From Candidatus Methanoperedens sp. (lineage in GTDB: Archaea; Halobacteriota; Methanosarcinia; Methanosarcinales; Methanoperedenaceae): a stretch of DNA of 32,000 nt. The notes under the pieces are model-generated. The model ran no database searches and was not told the origin of the DNA. It worked only from the letters and a program-made list of their open reading frames with translations. A program made the translations under genes and the position numbers. The DNA lies in assembly GCA_041494705.1 (NCBI GenBank), contig JBGQBI010000004.1, positions 240,001 to 272,000 on the forward strand. Reading direction: 5' to 3'. The number at the start of each line of letters is the position of its first letter. Positions within the stretch are counted from its first letter, which is position 1. This document shows positions 1 to 8,863 of this stretch, in pieces.

Positions 1-744
1 AGAAACGAGAGTGTGACCCTGACGCTGCTGACCGACTCCTCGGATACCACATCAAGCGGCATAATCATTAATTTCATGAAGCAGTTATTTGCAGGAACAT
101 CAGGTTCGCTTATTTCGTTGAAGGTTCCTGATATCTACGGAAAACTGGAATACCTGGACTTCCTCACGCCTGCGGTAATTGCCCTGACTGTGTTCTTCGG
201 TACCGTGCAGAGCACGGGATATGCGATAGCAGGAGAGCGGCAGGACGGCACCCTTGTTCGCATCATGATGACACCAGTCAGCCGGGGGGCCGTTATTCTC
301 GGTAAAACCTTACATCAGCTTATATTGCAGCTTGCAAGGGCTGTGATCCTGATTCTCGGCGCGACCATTATTCTCGGGGTCACGATGAATGGAAGCTGGC
401 TCCTTGTCGCCCTGGTGCTTATTGTCTTCACTTTTGGTGCGGTGGGTCTTGGGATTGCGATGTCCGCAATATCTGAGGATATGACCTCTTTCCAGCAGTT
501 AAGCTTGATATTCACCATGCCTTCCATGTTTGCCACTGGTGTTTTCTATCCTTTGAGCTCGGTTCCTGACTGGATGCGCTGGATAGCCTATACCATGCCG
601 CTGACGTTTGCTAACAATGCAATGCGTACTATCATGGTCAAGGGGCAGGGTTTGGCTTTTATAGCTGATGATTTGATTATACTTATTTTCTTTGCGATTT
701 TTTATTTCGGTTTAGGCGTTTATCTTTTCAGGAGGGAAGTATAA
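1..744 (+). CDS. ABC-2 type transporter permease (5' end outside window)
   Basis: The frame is open from base 1. The protein has multiple hydrophobic helices. The motif AGERQDGTLVRIMMTPVSRGAVILGK resembles the conserved ABC-2 permease loop. Confidence 0.7.
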   Translation, partial: RNESVTLTLLTDSSDTTSSGIIINFMKQLFAGTSGSLISLKVPDIYGKLEYLDFLTPAVIALTVFFGTVQSTGYAIAGERQDGTLVRIMMTPVSRGAVILGKTLHQLILQLARAVILILGATIILGVTMNGSWLLVALVLIVFTFGAVGLGIAMSAISEDMTSFQQLSLIFTMPSMFATGVFYPLSSVPDWMRWIAYTMPLTFANNAMRTIMVKGQGLAFIADDLIILIFFAIFYFGLGVYLFRREV

Positions 745-746
745 AA

Positions 747-1736
747 ATGAGAATGAAGAAAATTTTGATTATATGTTTCTTGTTGGTTGTTCTGGCGACA
801 TGCGCCGCGGGCGCCGATGTTCCGGGCACGTATAATGTGCCCAGGAGCTTTGATTTTGGGGCACATTACTATTCTGCATATGGCAGCCCGGATATTAATG
901 CTACCATTGTGGGCACCAATGAATTCGACAGGGACCAGACCATTACTTTATCCGTTGACTTAATGAACCGGGGCAAATTTTTAGGATTTGAGAGAGACCA
1001 TACCCCTGTAACCAATGATGAAATATATGCCGCCCAGACCGAAGTGAAGCTTGACGGCAGGATAGTTGATGCGACCGGTATAATTGCATCGCTTTCTGTA
1101 GACCCGGATAGCCCGCTTGAAGTCAAGTCTCCGGCCCAGCAGGTGGGTTCCATAAAAAGCGGAGAGAATACGCTTTCCCCAATAAAGTTCGATATAAAAA
1201 TCGCCAGGAAAGCAAAGGCCGGCGAATATAATCTCCGCTTGAATCTCACCTATGATTATCAGAAATATGTGCAGGTTTCGAATCCGAATGCAACCGCACA
1301 AACATATGATGCAAGCTACTGGTACGGGATGATGGCCCAGAACCAGACCCTGAAACTCAAGGTAAAAACACAGGCGGATTTCGAGGTCGTGCGAACCACA
1401 GGCAGCCTTTACGCCGGAAGGGAAGACGTTGTGGAAATAGCGATTAAAAATACGGGGGAGGAAGAAGCCAAAGATGCCAGGGCAATAATCAACCCCGGAG
1501 ACCCCCTGAGCACCACAGATGACCAGGCGTTCCTCTATACCATAAAGCCAGGCGATACGGTAGTTGCCAGTTATAAAATCAAGGCAGATAGCAAGGCCGT
1601 ACCCAAAACCTATGCAGTAGACACAGTGATAAGATACGAAAACCCGGACGGGGATATCAAGTATTCAAGCACCCTGCAGGCGCCTGTGGAAGTGAAAGAA
1701 CTGGGCTTTTTCCAGCGATTATTCGGATGGGTTTAG
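747..1736 (+). CDS. Secreted beta-rich protein with signal peptide (S-layer-related/COG1361-like, function unknown)
   Basis: The N-terminus MRMKKILIICFLLVVLATCAAGA is a signal peptide. The gene starts 3 nt after the permease stop. The product is a repetitive beta-strand-like sequence with no catalytic motif. Confidence 0.55.
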   Translation: MRMKKILIICFLLVVLATCAAGADVPGTYNVPRSFDFGAHYYSAYGSPDINATIVGTNEFDRDQTITLSVDLMNRGKFLGFERDHTPVTNDEIYAAQTEVKLDGRIVDATGIIASLSVDPDSPLEVKSPAQQVGSIKSGENTLSPIKFDIKIARKAKAGEYNLRLNLTYDYQKYVQVSNPNATAQTYDASYWYGMMAQNQTLKLKVKTQADFEVVRTTGSLYAGREDVVEIAIKNTGEEEAKDARAIINPGDPLSTTDDQAFLYTIKPGDTVVASYKIKADSKAVPKTYAVDTVIRYENPDGDIKYSSTLQAPVEVKELGFFQRLFGWV

Positions 1737-1782
1737 AGAGTAACCAGAAGGTTTTTATCCAGATTATCCTTTTTAGAATACC

Positions 1783-2907
1783 ATGGTGGATTTCGAAGAG
1801 ATTGAAGAGGTTTATAAAAGGCTTGAAGGGAAACTTACGCGTGACGAATTCAAGTCAAAGGTCGATGAAAAAGTAACAATGATGAACGGTCTTTGCGACT
1901 CAAAGACCGCCGCGATGCTCGTTGCAAGCGAGATGGGGTTAAACGAAACAGTTAAAATCAAGGACATTGCAGCTGATAAGAGTAATGTTGTCTTTATCGC
2001 AAGGGTGACCGCCGTAGGCGATATCCGGGAATTCTCGCGCGATAACGACACTACAGGCCGCGTGGTAAACCTGACACTTGCGGATGATACCGGTTCCATC
2101 AGGGCTGCGCTCTGGGATGAGGCCTGCGACCTTGTGAAAATAGGCGACATATTGGTGGGGCAGAGCCTGAAAGTGAAAGGATATATAAAAGAGGGGCAGC
2201 GCGGGCTTGAGGTCAGCGTTGGCAAGGGAGGGAATATCGAGCATGTGGAAAAAGAAGTGCCGGTGAATATCAAGCCGCAGAAGATAATCGATATTAAGAC
2301 CGGGATGAATGGTTTGAATCTTATAGCGAAAGTAATTGATACGGGAAAGGTGAGAACCTTCGCGCGCAAGGACGGGACGACAGGAAAAGTAACAAACGTG
2401 ACCCTTGGCGATGATACGGGCAAAATTCGCATTACTCTGTGGGATAAAAAGGCAGAGGAGCCGGGTTTCAAGGCTGGTGATACGGTAGAAATAACCAATG
2501 CCTATGCCCGCGAGAATACGTTCAGCAACCAGACAGAACTCCAGCTCGGTTCCGGCGGCGGGATAGCTAGGAGCAGCACGAACGTGGATTATTCCGAACC
2601 ACTTACTCCAATTGCTGATATAGGAATAAATTCTGCTTACAGCGTGTCCGGGCATGTCTCGGGGCTTGATGAGATAAAGGAATTTGAGAGACCGGACGGC
2701 ACCAAGAGCAAGGTATCGAACATCTATGTCTCAGACGATACCGGGCGCATTAAAGTGGCGTTGTGGGGCGAGCATGCAGACCTCGTTAATGAACTCGATA
2801 TAGGAAGCGAGATACGCATCATCGACGCATATGCCAAATCTGGCAGGAATGAGGAAGTGGAACTGAGCGCAGGCGCAAGGACTGGCATACAGATTATAAG
2901 AAAGTGA
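1783..2907 (+). CDS. rpa: Replication protein A (single-stranded DNA-binding protein, three OB folds)
   Basis: Three internal repeats match the OB-fold signature. They are GRVVNLTLADDTGSIRAALWD, GKVTNVTLGDDTGKIRITLWD and SKVSNIYVSDDTGRIKVALWG. The N-terminal helical region is typical of Methanosarcinales/haloarchaeal RPA. Confidence 0.85.
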   Translation: MVDFEEIEEVYKRLEGKLTRDEFKSKVDEKVTMMNGLCDSKTAAMLVASEMGLNETVKIKDIAADKSNVVFIARVTAVGDIREFSRDNDTTGRVVNLTLADDTGSIRAALWDEACDLVKIGDILVGQSLKVKGYIKEGQRGLEVSVGKGGNIEHVEKEVPVNIKPQKIIDIKTGMNGLNLIAKVIDTGKVRTFARKDGTTGKVTNVTLGDDTGKIRITLWDKKAEEPGFKAGDTVEITNAYARENTFSNQTELQLGSGGGIARSSTNVDYSEPLTPIADIGINSAYSVSGHVSGLDEIKEFERPDGTKSKVSNIYVSDDTGRIKVALWGEHADLVNELDIGSEIRIIDAYAKSGRNEEVELSAGARTGIQIIRK

Positions 2908-2923
2908 TGTCTTCCGGCACCTT

Positions 2924-2945
2924 CTCCAGTGGAAATAAAGGGGTT
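2924..2945 (+). promoter_or_regulatory. ORB-like box (CTCCAGTGGAAATAAAGGGGTT) between rpa and radA
   Basis: The sequence nearly matches the boxes in the origin at 8687, 8724 and 8864. It also resembles the general archaeal ORB core TTCCAnnGGAAA...GGGGT. Confidence 0.45.
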
Positions 2946-3077
2946 CATCATGATGAGCATATTTGGCTCTGCGATTACTTTCACCCCGCTCCGGGAAGGT
3001 TTATAACAACGTATGGAGATTTGGAAATATAATAACTGTGCACCACACAACAATTAAATCGTGCACTGGAGGAGAAC

Positions 3078-4055
3078 ATGGTAGAAAGAAAAGGATTGGA
3101 AGATTTGCCTGGCGTCGGCCCGGCAACAGCAGAGAAACTGAAAGAAGCGGGTTTTGGCTCGATTGAGGCCATTGCCGTATCGTCGTCATCCGAACTTGCA
3201 AGCATAGCTGAAATCGGGGAGTCGACCGCGCAAAAAATCATCAATGCGGCGCGCCAGGCTGCGGACGTTGGGGGATTTGAGACCGGCGATCTTGTGCTTG
3301 AGCGCAGGAAACTTGTGGGAAAACTCAGTTTCGGCACAAAGGCTTTTGACGACCTGATGGGCGGGGGCGTTGAGACACAGGCAATAACCGAATTCTATGG
3401 CGAGTTCGGTTCAGGGAAAACGCAGGTCGGCCACCAGATGGCTGTGAATGTCCAGCTGCCGCAGGAAGATGGCGGCCTCGGGGGCTCTGTTATAATAATA
3501 GACACTGAAAATACCTTCAGGCCTGAAAGAATCACGCAGATGGTAATGGGCTTGTCTGCAAAGAAGGGGAAGGAATACGACCCTGAGGAGTTCCTGAAAA
3601 AGATCCATGTTGCAAAAGCCTATAATTCGAACCACCAGATACTGCTTGTTGACACGGCCAATGATCTCGCTCTTAAATTGAAAGATACTGATGCGCCTGT
3701 GCGCCTTCTGATAGTTGATTCCCTGACTGCGCATTTCAGGGCTGAATACGTGGGACGCGGCACGCTTGCAGACAGGCAGCAGAAGCTCAACAAGCATATG
3801 CACGAACTGATGAAATTTGGGACCCTTAACAATGCGGCCATCATCGTGACGAACCAGGTGATGTCAAAACCCGACGCCTTCTTCGGCGACCCCACAAAAC
3901 CTATTGGCGGACATATCGTGGGACATACTGCAACGTTCAGGCTGTACCTGCGCAAATCCAAGGGCGAGAAGAGAATTGCAAGGCTTGTTGATTCCCCGAA
4001 CCTGCCAGAGGGCGAGGCGATATTCTCGGTCACCACGGAAGGGCTTAAGGATTAA
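3078..4055 (+). CDS. radA: DNA repair and recombination protein RadA
   Basis: The N-terminus has an HhH motif ([20 protein letters not shown]). Walker A is GEFGSGKTQ and a Walker B-like LLIVDS is present. A GGAGGAG Shine-Dalgarno sequence precedes the ATG. Confidence 0.95.
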   Translation: MVERKGLEDLPGVGPATAEKLKEAGFGSIEAIAVSSSSELASIAEIGESTAQKIINAARQAADVGGFETGDLVLERRKLVGKLSFGTKAFDDLMGGGVETQAITEFYGEFGSGKTQVGHQMAVNVQLPQEDGGLGGSVIIIDTENTFRPERITQMVMGLSAKKGKEYDPEEFLKKIHVAKAYNSNHQILLVDTANDLALKLKDTDAPVRLLIVDSLTAHFRAEYVGRGTLADRQQKLNKHMHELMKFGTLNNAAIIVTNQVMSKPDAFFGDPTKPIGGHIVGHTATFRLYLRKSKGEKRIARLVDSPNLPEGEAIFSVTTEGLKD

Positions 4056-4072
4056 AAATCTGTATTAAAGAT

Positions 4073-4747
4073 GTGGAATACAAAGCTGTAGTGGTAGATG
4101 TTGACGGGACAATCACATATAGTGACAGGAGCCTTGATTTCAGGGCTGTTGAAGCGCTCCGGAGCCTTAAAGTACCTGTGGTGATTGCCACCGGCAACGT
4201 CCTTTGTTTCGCAAGGGCTGCCTCAAAACTTGTCGGGACAGGAGGCATCGTGATAGCAGAGAACGGCGGGATCGTGGAGTGCGGGAGTGTTGAATCCGAC
4301 ACTTCGCATATGAAGGAGTGCGAGGAGGCTTTCGAGTTCCTGGAAAGACATTTTACACTTGAAAGGATTGACCCTGAATACAGGATTACAGAGATTGGGC
4401 TGCGGCGGGATTTTGATGTGGAGAGTGCGAGGGAGCTGCTAAAGGAGTTTCCTGAGGTTGAGATTGTGGATACCGGGTTTGCGGTGCATATCAAGAGCAA
4501 GAGGATTAATAAAGGGATTGGGCTTAAACGGATTGCGCAGATGATGGGGCTTGATGTGCGGGAGCTTGTGGCTATCGGGGATTCTCCGAATGATGTCGAG
4601 ATGTTGAAGGTATCGGGTTTTGGGGTGGCTGTGGGGAATGCGCATCCTGAGGTAAAGAGGGTGGCGCGGATGGTGACGAAAGGGGAGTATGGGGCAGGGG
4701 TGGCGGAGGCAGTGGGGAAGCTGAGAAGGAGAGGGGAGATAAGATGA
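4073..4747 (+). CDS. HAD-superfamily phosphatase, archaeal phosphoglycolate phosphatase type
   Basis: HAD motif I is VVDVDGTIT and the TGN motif is VIATGN. AENGG is present, and the C-terminal motif is IGDSPNDVEM. The start codon is GTG. Confidence 0.7.
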   Translation: MEYKAVVVDVDGTITYSDRSLDFRAVEALRSLKVPVVIATGNVLCFARAASKLVGTGGIVIAENGGIVECGSVESDTSHMKECEEAFEFLERHFTLERIDPEYRITEIGLRRDFDVESARELLKEFPEVEIVDTGFAVHIKSKRINKGIGLKRIAQMMGLDVRELVAIGDSPNDVEMLKVSGFGVAVGNAHPEVKRVARMVTKGEYGAGVAEAVGKLRRRGEIR

Positions 4748-4839
4748 GAATCGAAAGGATTTACAGCAAGAAATATTATATAGCGAAGACACTATTAAAC
4801 ATCTAATACATATCGAGTTTGCTTAACTTGGGTTAAAAT

Positions 4840-5055
4840 ATGAAAGAATACAAAGTGGCTTTATCAAGGGCGTATATTGTAACCATTGAGGCGGAAAACG
4901 AAGAAAAAGCATGTAGATATGCAGAGTATTTTTTAGGCCATTGTTATGATGCATCTGATTTAAAAGATAAACAGGAATATAAATTTTCGATTAGAGAAAT
5001 TGAGCCTACTATAAATGATGCTATTGACGTTGAAGAAGTAAAAGAACATGAGTGA
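4840..5055 (+). CDS. Hypothetical small acidic protein (first gene of low-GC islet)
   Basis: This 71-aa ORF overlaps the next ORF by 8 nt, which suggests translational coupling. I recognise no motif in it. Confidence 0.45.
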   Translation: MKEYKVALSRAYIVTIEAENEEKACRYAEYFLGHCYDASDLKDKQEYKFSIREIEPTINDAIDVEEVKEHE

Positions 5056-5983
5056 AAGTTTTAAAAAGCCATCACAAACGGAACTTTTAGTAGATGATTT
5101 TTTACAAAAAGCTAAAGAATTTCAAACCCATATTGAGTTGATAAAAGTTCTAAAATCGCGAACATATAAAATAGCTGAAGCAAACGTTTTAATCCGTGCG
5201 GCATCAGAAGGAAATCGAAGATATTTCTTTGGGTTGAACTACATTACAGCAGAGGAAATGGCTAATCTTGATAACCCATTCATTGCTTTTATCTGCGGTT
5301 CTTTGGACAGAACAATTATTATGCCCGCCCAGACTTTATTTAAACATTTGCCGAAGATAAGTCACGATAGAAATGGTGAATATAAAATAAATATTGACAA
5401 CGATTTGAATATTGTTTTAGCAGGACGCAACAATAGAATAGATTGTAGCAAATATATTAATTCATGGGAATTACTTTTAAACTCCACAAATAAACCAGAA
5501 GAAAAAAATACAATAGAAGTAAGTTTACATACTATTTTAGAGGGGAGACTTTTAGAAATAGGTAATATACGTGGCTTTCAAACATATTGCCCTGATAAAG
5601 CCAAAAAGTTTAACGATAATAAATTATCGGATATTTCTTCTTTAGAAACTTGCCCAAACTTGCAGTTTTCTGATTATGATGTTTTGAGATATATTGATGT
5701 ACTTTGGTTTAAGGAAAAGGGTAAAAATTTCATTCCCGAATGTGCATTTGAAGTAGAACTTAATACAGGAACTTGGTCAGGAGTTGGCAGATTGGCAACA
5801 CTGGTTGATTACAGTAATGTAAAACTGTATATTATTTCAAATGATTCGCGAAAATATAAACAAGTTCTGAACTCTTTTCCGGAATACGATCACCGTTATA
5901 AAAACATTCCTTTCGATCAGATCGGCGAGTTATATTCGGCTGAAAAACAATTAAAAGATTTAAGATATAGTATCGGTTTATAG
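5048..5983 (+). CDS. Hypothetical two-domain protein; C-terminal PD-(D/E)xK-like nuclease motif
   Basis: This is a long ORF in a strongly AT-rich segment. The C-terminal pattern IDVLWF...ECAFEVELNTG...GRLATL...KLYIISND resembles restriction-endonuclease-fold cores. That assignment is by eye only. Confidence 0.5.
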   Translation: MSESFKKPSQTELLVDDFLQKAKEFQTHIELIKVLKSRTYKIAEANVLIRAASEGNRRYFFGLNYITAEEMANLDNPFIAFICGSLDRTIIMPAQTLFKHLPKISHDRNGEYKINIDNDLNIVLAGRNNRIDCSKYINSWELLLNSTNKPEEKNTIEVSLHTILEGRLLEIGNIRGFQTYCPDKAKKFNDNKLSDISSLETCPNLQFSDYDVLRYIDVLWFKEKGKNFIPECAFEVELNTGTWSGVGRLATLVDYSNVKLYIISNDSRKYKQVLNSFPEYDHRYKNIPFDQIGELYSAEKQLKDLRYSIGL

Positions 5984-6074
5984 GAATTTTTAAAATGATA
6001 GTATATGATTTTCATGTTTTTCCAAGCAAATTAAATCTGCGTTCATCGGCTTCATGCACGCCGTTATGCATAGG

Positions 6075-6126
6075 CACGTATGCCCGCAGGCATACGTGGA
6101 TGCGCCCTCCCGAGGCGCGACTCGGG
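6075..6126 (+). repeat. Double-hairpin element (CACGTATGCC-cgca-GGCATACGTG, then CCCGAG-gcgcga-CTCGGG)
   Basis: Perfect 10-bp and 6-bp inverted repeats can be read directly. A T6 run follows at 6146-6151. A related copy lies inverted at 17174-17224. Confidence 0.6.
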
Positions 6127-6170
6127 GCGTTCATCTGCGGTTCGGTTTTTTCTGAGGCTGATGTTTTTCA

Positions 6171-7658
6171 ATGACCACCGAACCCCTCTCCCTCGCCAAA
6201 TACCTCGCCTCCTCCCGCACCGAGTTCGCGCTCTCAGAGATGAACCAGTACCTCAGCAGGAAATACGAAGAAAAAGAGCTCTTCGAACTTTTAAAACCTC
6301 ACTTTTATGACCTTGACCTCTTTTGCGATGCAGGCTACAAATGCACGAAACTCGTGAAGCTCCCCCTTCCTTCCGACGAGAACGTGGTCAGGGAGCTTGA
6401 GGCGCTTTTCAAAAACCCCCAGCTTCCGGCGCGCGTCGAGAAACTGGTTAATTCCTACATAGAACGCTCCTGCGGGAATGACTGGCATACGGGCGAGAGG
6501 GGGCTATTGATTCGCGAAAATATCGTAAAGCAGAAAGAAGAATACTGGAAAGGGGCGGGGAGCTCACAGTATCCGAAAATCAGGATAATTTCCTACCTCC
6601 TCTACCATTTTCCTGTTTATTTCTGCTCATTCCAGTACATGCTGCTTGAACTATTCAGGGGCGGACTGCTCACGAATAAAATGAGCATCCTTGACGCCGG
6701 GGCAGGACCCGGGACGATAACGCTCAGTACACTTGATTTCATACAGGAATTACAGGAGATTTACTCAAGGAACAAAATAGACGTCAAGCTGAATATCAGG
6801 ATTGATTCGATTGAAAGGGCGCCTGAAAATATCGATTGTTATAAAGAGCTTACCTCTTTTTATCTCTCCGGTCTCACGCAGGAAAACGCGAATGTCACTA
6901 TAAATGAACCTGTCCATTCGTCTATTGAGGCTGCGCCTGTTCTTCCGAATGTCGACCTTATGGTTTTTTCAAATGTGCTGGCTGAGATGAACGCTCCCCC
7001 TTCGTATCGTGCTGATATCGTGGATAGGGTGGCTTCAGGAAGTAATAATCCCACCATGGTCATTATCGAGCCTGCCGACCTTGCTAATTCAAAAGCGCTC
7101 AGGGTCACCCAGCACGCCCTCGTAAAAAAAGGGTTTACTGTGTATAGCCCGTGCTCTTTTATCTGGGGGCTTGGATGCTCAGGGGAAAACTGCTGGAGCT
7201 TTCAGGAATTGGGGAATATCCGGGCGCCGGACTTCATGGAAAGGATAGCAAATACGGGGGAATTTTATAGATACATAAATACGGATATGAAATTCTCATT
7301 TGTAATATTGAGAAAAGACGGCCTGGCAAAACACAAATACCTGGCAAAAGGGAAATTCATGAGACTCTCAAACCTCAAAAAGCATATCGAAAAGCGGGTC
7401 AATATTGCGGTATCCGTGATGTCGGGAAATCTCGGGGATGAGAAAACGTTTGTGTACAAGGTATGCGATGGTACCGCTTCAGTCCCGTGTTATGCGGTAC
7501 TGCCTGCGTATCACATAAGCGATAATAACAGCATGCTTTTTGAGGCAGGATATGGAGGCATAGTTGAGATTTACGGCACTCTCGTCCGGGAAAATAAGGC
7601 TTTGTCCTCGTATAATCTCCTGGTAATGCGAAATACTATGGTCAGAGCTGCGGAATAG
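6171..7658 (+). CDS. Class I SAM-dependent methyltransferase, Rsm22-like, with Cys cluster and C-terminal extension
   Basis: SAM motif I is ILDAGAGPGTITL and the post-I/IV region is DLMVFSNVLAEM. The Cys-rich segment YSPCSFIWGLGCSGENCWSF is reminiscent of the Rsm22 family. Confidence 0.6.
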   Translation: MTTEPLSLAKYLASSRTEFALSEMNQYLSRKYEEKELFELLKPHFYDLDLFCDAGYKCTKLVKLPLPSDENVVRELEALFKNPQLPARVEKLVNSYIERSCGNDWHTGERGLLIRENIVKQKEEYWKGAGSSQYPKIRIISYLLYHFPVYFCSFQYMLLELFRGGLLTNKMSILDAGAGPGTITLSTLDFIQELQEIYSRNKIDVKLNIRIDSIERAPENIDCYKELTSFYLSGLTQENANVTINEPVHSSIEAAPVLPNVDLMVFSNVLAEMNAPPSYRADIVDRVASGSNNPTMVIIEPADLANSKALRVTQHALVKKGFTVYSPCSFIWGLGCSGENCWSFQELGNIRAPDFMERIANTGEFYRYINTDMKFSFVILRKDGLAKHKYLAKGKFMRLSNLKKHIEKRVNIAVSVMSGNLGDEKTFVYKVCDGTASVPCYAVLPAYHISDNNSMLFEAGYGGIVEIYGTLVRENKALSSYNLLVMRNTMVRAAE

Positions 7659-7685
7659 GTCGCAAGATTCGGTTTTCGTCGCTCT

Positions 7686-8060
7686 TCATTCCTGCAATAG
7701 CTTCAATATCTTTATACCCTGCTCAATGCAATCCAGTTTATCCTTCATCCTGTGGAGGTCGGTCTCGTCTTCAAGACTCGTTGCGATATCCTGGATTTTT
7801 GTCTGGATGATGAGCTTGATGGATTGAAGATCCCCGGGCTCTGGTTTCTGTGTTTTGGCGGATTTGGGGGATTCTGGCGCTCTTTTCGATTCTCTTGCGG
7901 GTTCCGGCTTTTCCTGGAAATCGCAGACAGGGCAGACTACTTTTCCCTGGTACCTGAACATGGGAGCTCCGCATTCGTGATGGTTGGCCAGCATGGTCCC
8001 GCCGATTTCAAGAAGTTTTGTAATCCTCTGTAATTTGTCATTTGTTTCTTTTTCATTCAT
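7686..8060 (-). CDS. UPF0148 / Sjogren autoantigen p27-like zinc-ribbon protein
   Basis: The motif HHECGAPMFRYQGKVVCPVCD is present. I prefer the ATG at 8060 (MNEKETND...). The track ORF's TTG start at 8153 would overlap the divergent neighbour. Confidence 0.65.
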   Translation of the reverse strand: MNEKETNDKLQRITKLLEIGGTMLANHHECGAPMFRYQGKVVCPVCDFQEKPEPARESKRAPESPKSAKTQKPEPGDLQSIKLIIQTKIQDIATSLEDETDLHRMKDKLDCIEQGIKILKLLQE

Positions 8061-8125
8061 GATATCACCGAAAGTCTTTTCATTCAATAGCCTTATAAGC
8101 TCTTTTTGTTTTATAATAACATCCC

Positions 8126-8407
8126 GTGGTGATAACTGTGCCTGAAAACTCAAGTGAAGTCATAAAACAGTGTATTGATGCCCTTGATAAAATAATCAAT
8201 GACGACTCGGTCCCCAGAAATATTCGACGGTCTGCTGATAATATCAAAAAAATTCTCTCCAGTGAAAAGGAGTCGCCATCAAGAAGGGCGGCAATGGTTA
8301 TTTCAAATCTTGACGAGATTGGTAATGATCCCAATGTTCCTCTCCATACAAGGACCATGATTTGGGGCTTGTCCAGTCGGCTTGAGTCCATCCCGGTTGA
8401 TAGATAG
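8126..8407 (+). CDS. UPF0147 family protein
   Basis: The motifs DDSVPRNIRRSA and LDEIGNDPNVPLHTRTMIW are characteristic of archaeal UPF0147. The start codon is uncertain, with GTG candidates at 8126, 8129 and 8138. Confidence 0.7.
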   Translation: MVITVPENSSEVIKQCIDALDKIINDDSVPRNIRRSADNIKKILSSEKESPSRRAAMVISNLDEIGNDPNVPLHTRTMIWGLSSRLESIPVDR

Positions 8408-8554
8408 TTGGGGTATGTAGATTTTTTCTTCATCTCCAGAGTGTAAGCGTTTTCTGGGGTACCCTGTTGTTTCTGCTGGAGATTGTTAATTGCTGTTTAG
8501 GTTTTTGATTATAGATTTGCCACAATTTAGCGGTTTTCCTTCTTCAACGGATTT

Positions 8555-8625
8555 TTAATCTTTATTTATTAATCTCTATTTTTATATTATGTATAAACAG
8601 AAAAATTTATATATTGTGAAGCACT
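8555..8625. other. Candidate duplex unwinding element (AT-rich core of origin)
   Basis: The sequence atttttaatctttatttattaatctctatttttatattatgtataaacagaaaaatttatatatt is almost devoid of G/C. Confidence 0.55.
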
Positions 8626-8686
8626 TACTGAGTCCCATGGGTTTTTGTTGTTTTTCTATTATATGAACCAACAGGTTTTTGTTGCC

Positions 8687-8708
8687 TTCCAGACGAAACA
8701 ATGGGGTT
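8687..8708 (+). promoter_or_regulatory. ORB box TTCCAGACGAAACAATGGGGTT
   Basis: It matches the ORB-type pattern YTCCA-NN-G(G/A)AA...GGGGT. It lies in the origin region. Confidence 0.6.
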
Positions 8709-8723
8709 GGTCTTCCCTCAAAA

Positions 8724-8745
8724 CTCCATAGGAAATAAGGGGGTT
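8724..8745 (+). promoter_or_regulatory. ORB box CTCCATAGGAAATAAGGGGGTT
   Basis: It matches the ORB-type pattern and lies in the origin region. Confidence 0.65.
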
Positions 8746-8863
8746 TTGGTGACAGATGTCAAATCTGATTTATGAACAGGTAATAACAGGTTATAAGTGT
8801 GTGACTTATAATCCATCTCTAAATCTCGGTTTTTAATAATAAAACCTGCAGAGGTTCCACGTG

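Noticed and set aside
1812-2655. Long antisense ORFs (228 and 238 aa) inside rpa, plus similar antisense ORFs inside radA, cdc6, the DUF3368 gene, the CNNM gene, hisF, the UPF0278 gene, nadA, fprA and nifB
   Set aside because: Each lies opposite a gene with strong family motifs. Their sequences are low-complexity (Ser/Pro/Arg-rich), as expected for shadow ORFs.
6080-6310. 76-aa Arg/Pro-rich ORF
   Set aside because: It spans the GC-rich hairpin element and then runs out of frame across the start of the methyltransferase gene. Its composition looks like an artefact.
8061-8153. TTG-initiated extension of the UPF0148 ORF
   Set aside because: It would overlap the divergent UPF0147 gene start. 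The ATG at 8060 gives the family-typical length.
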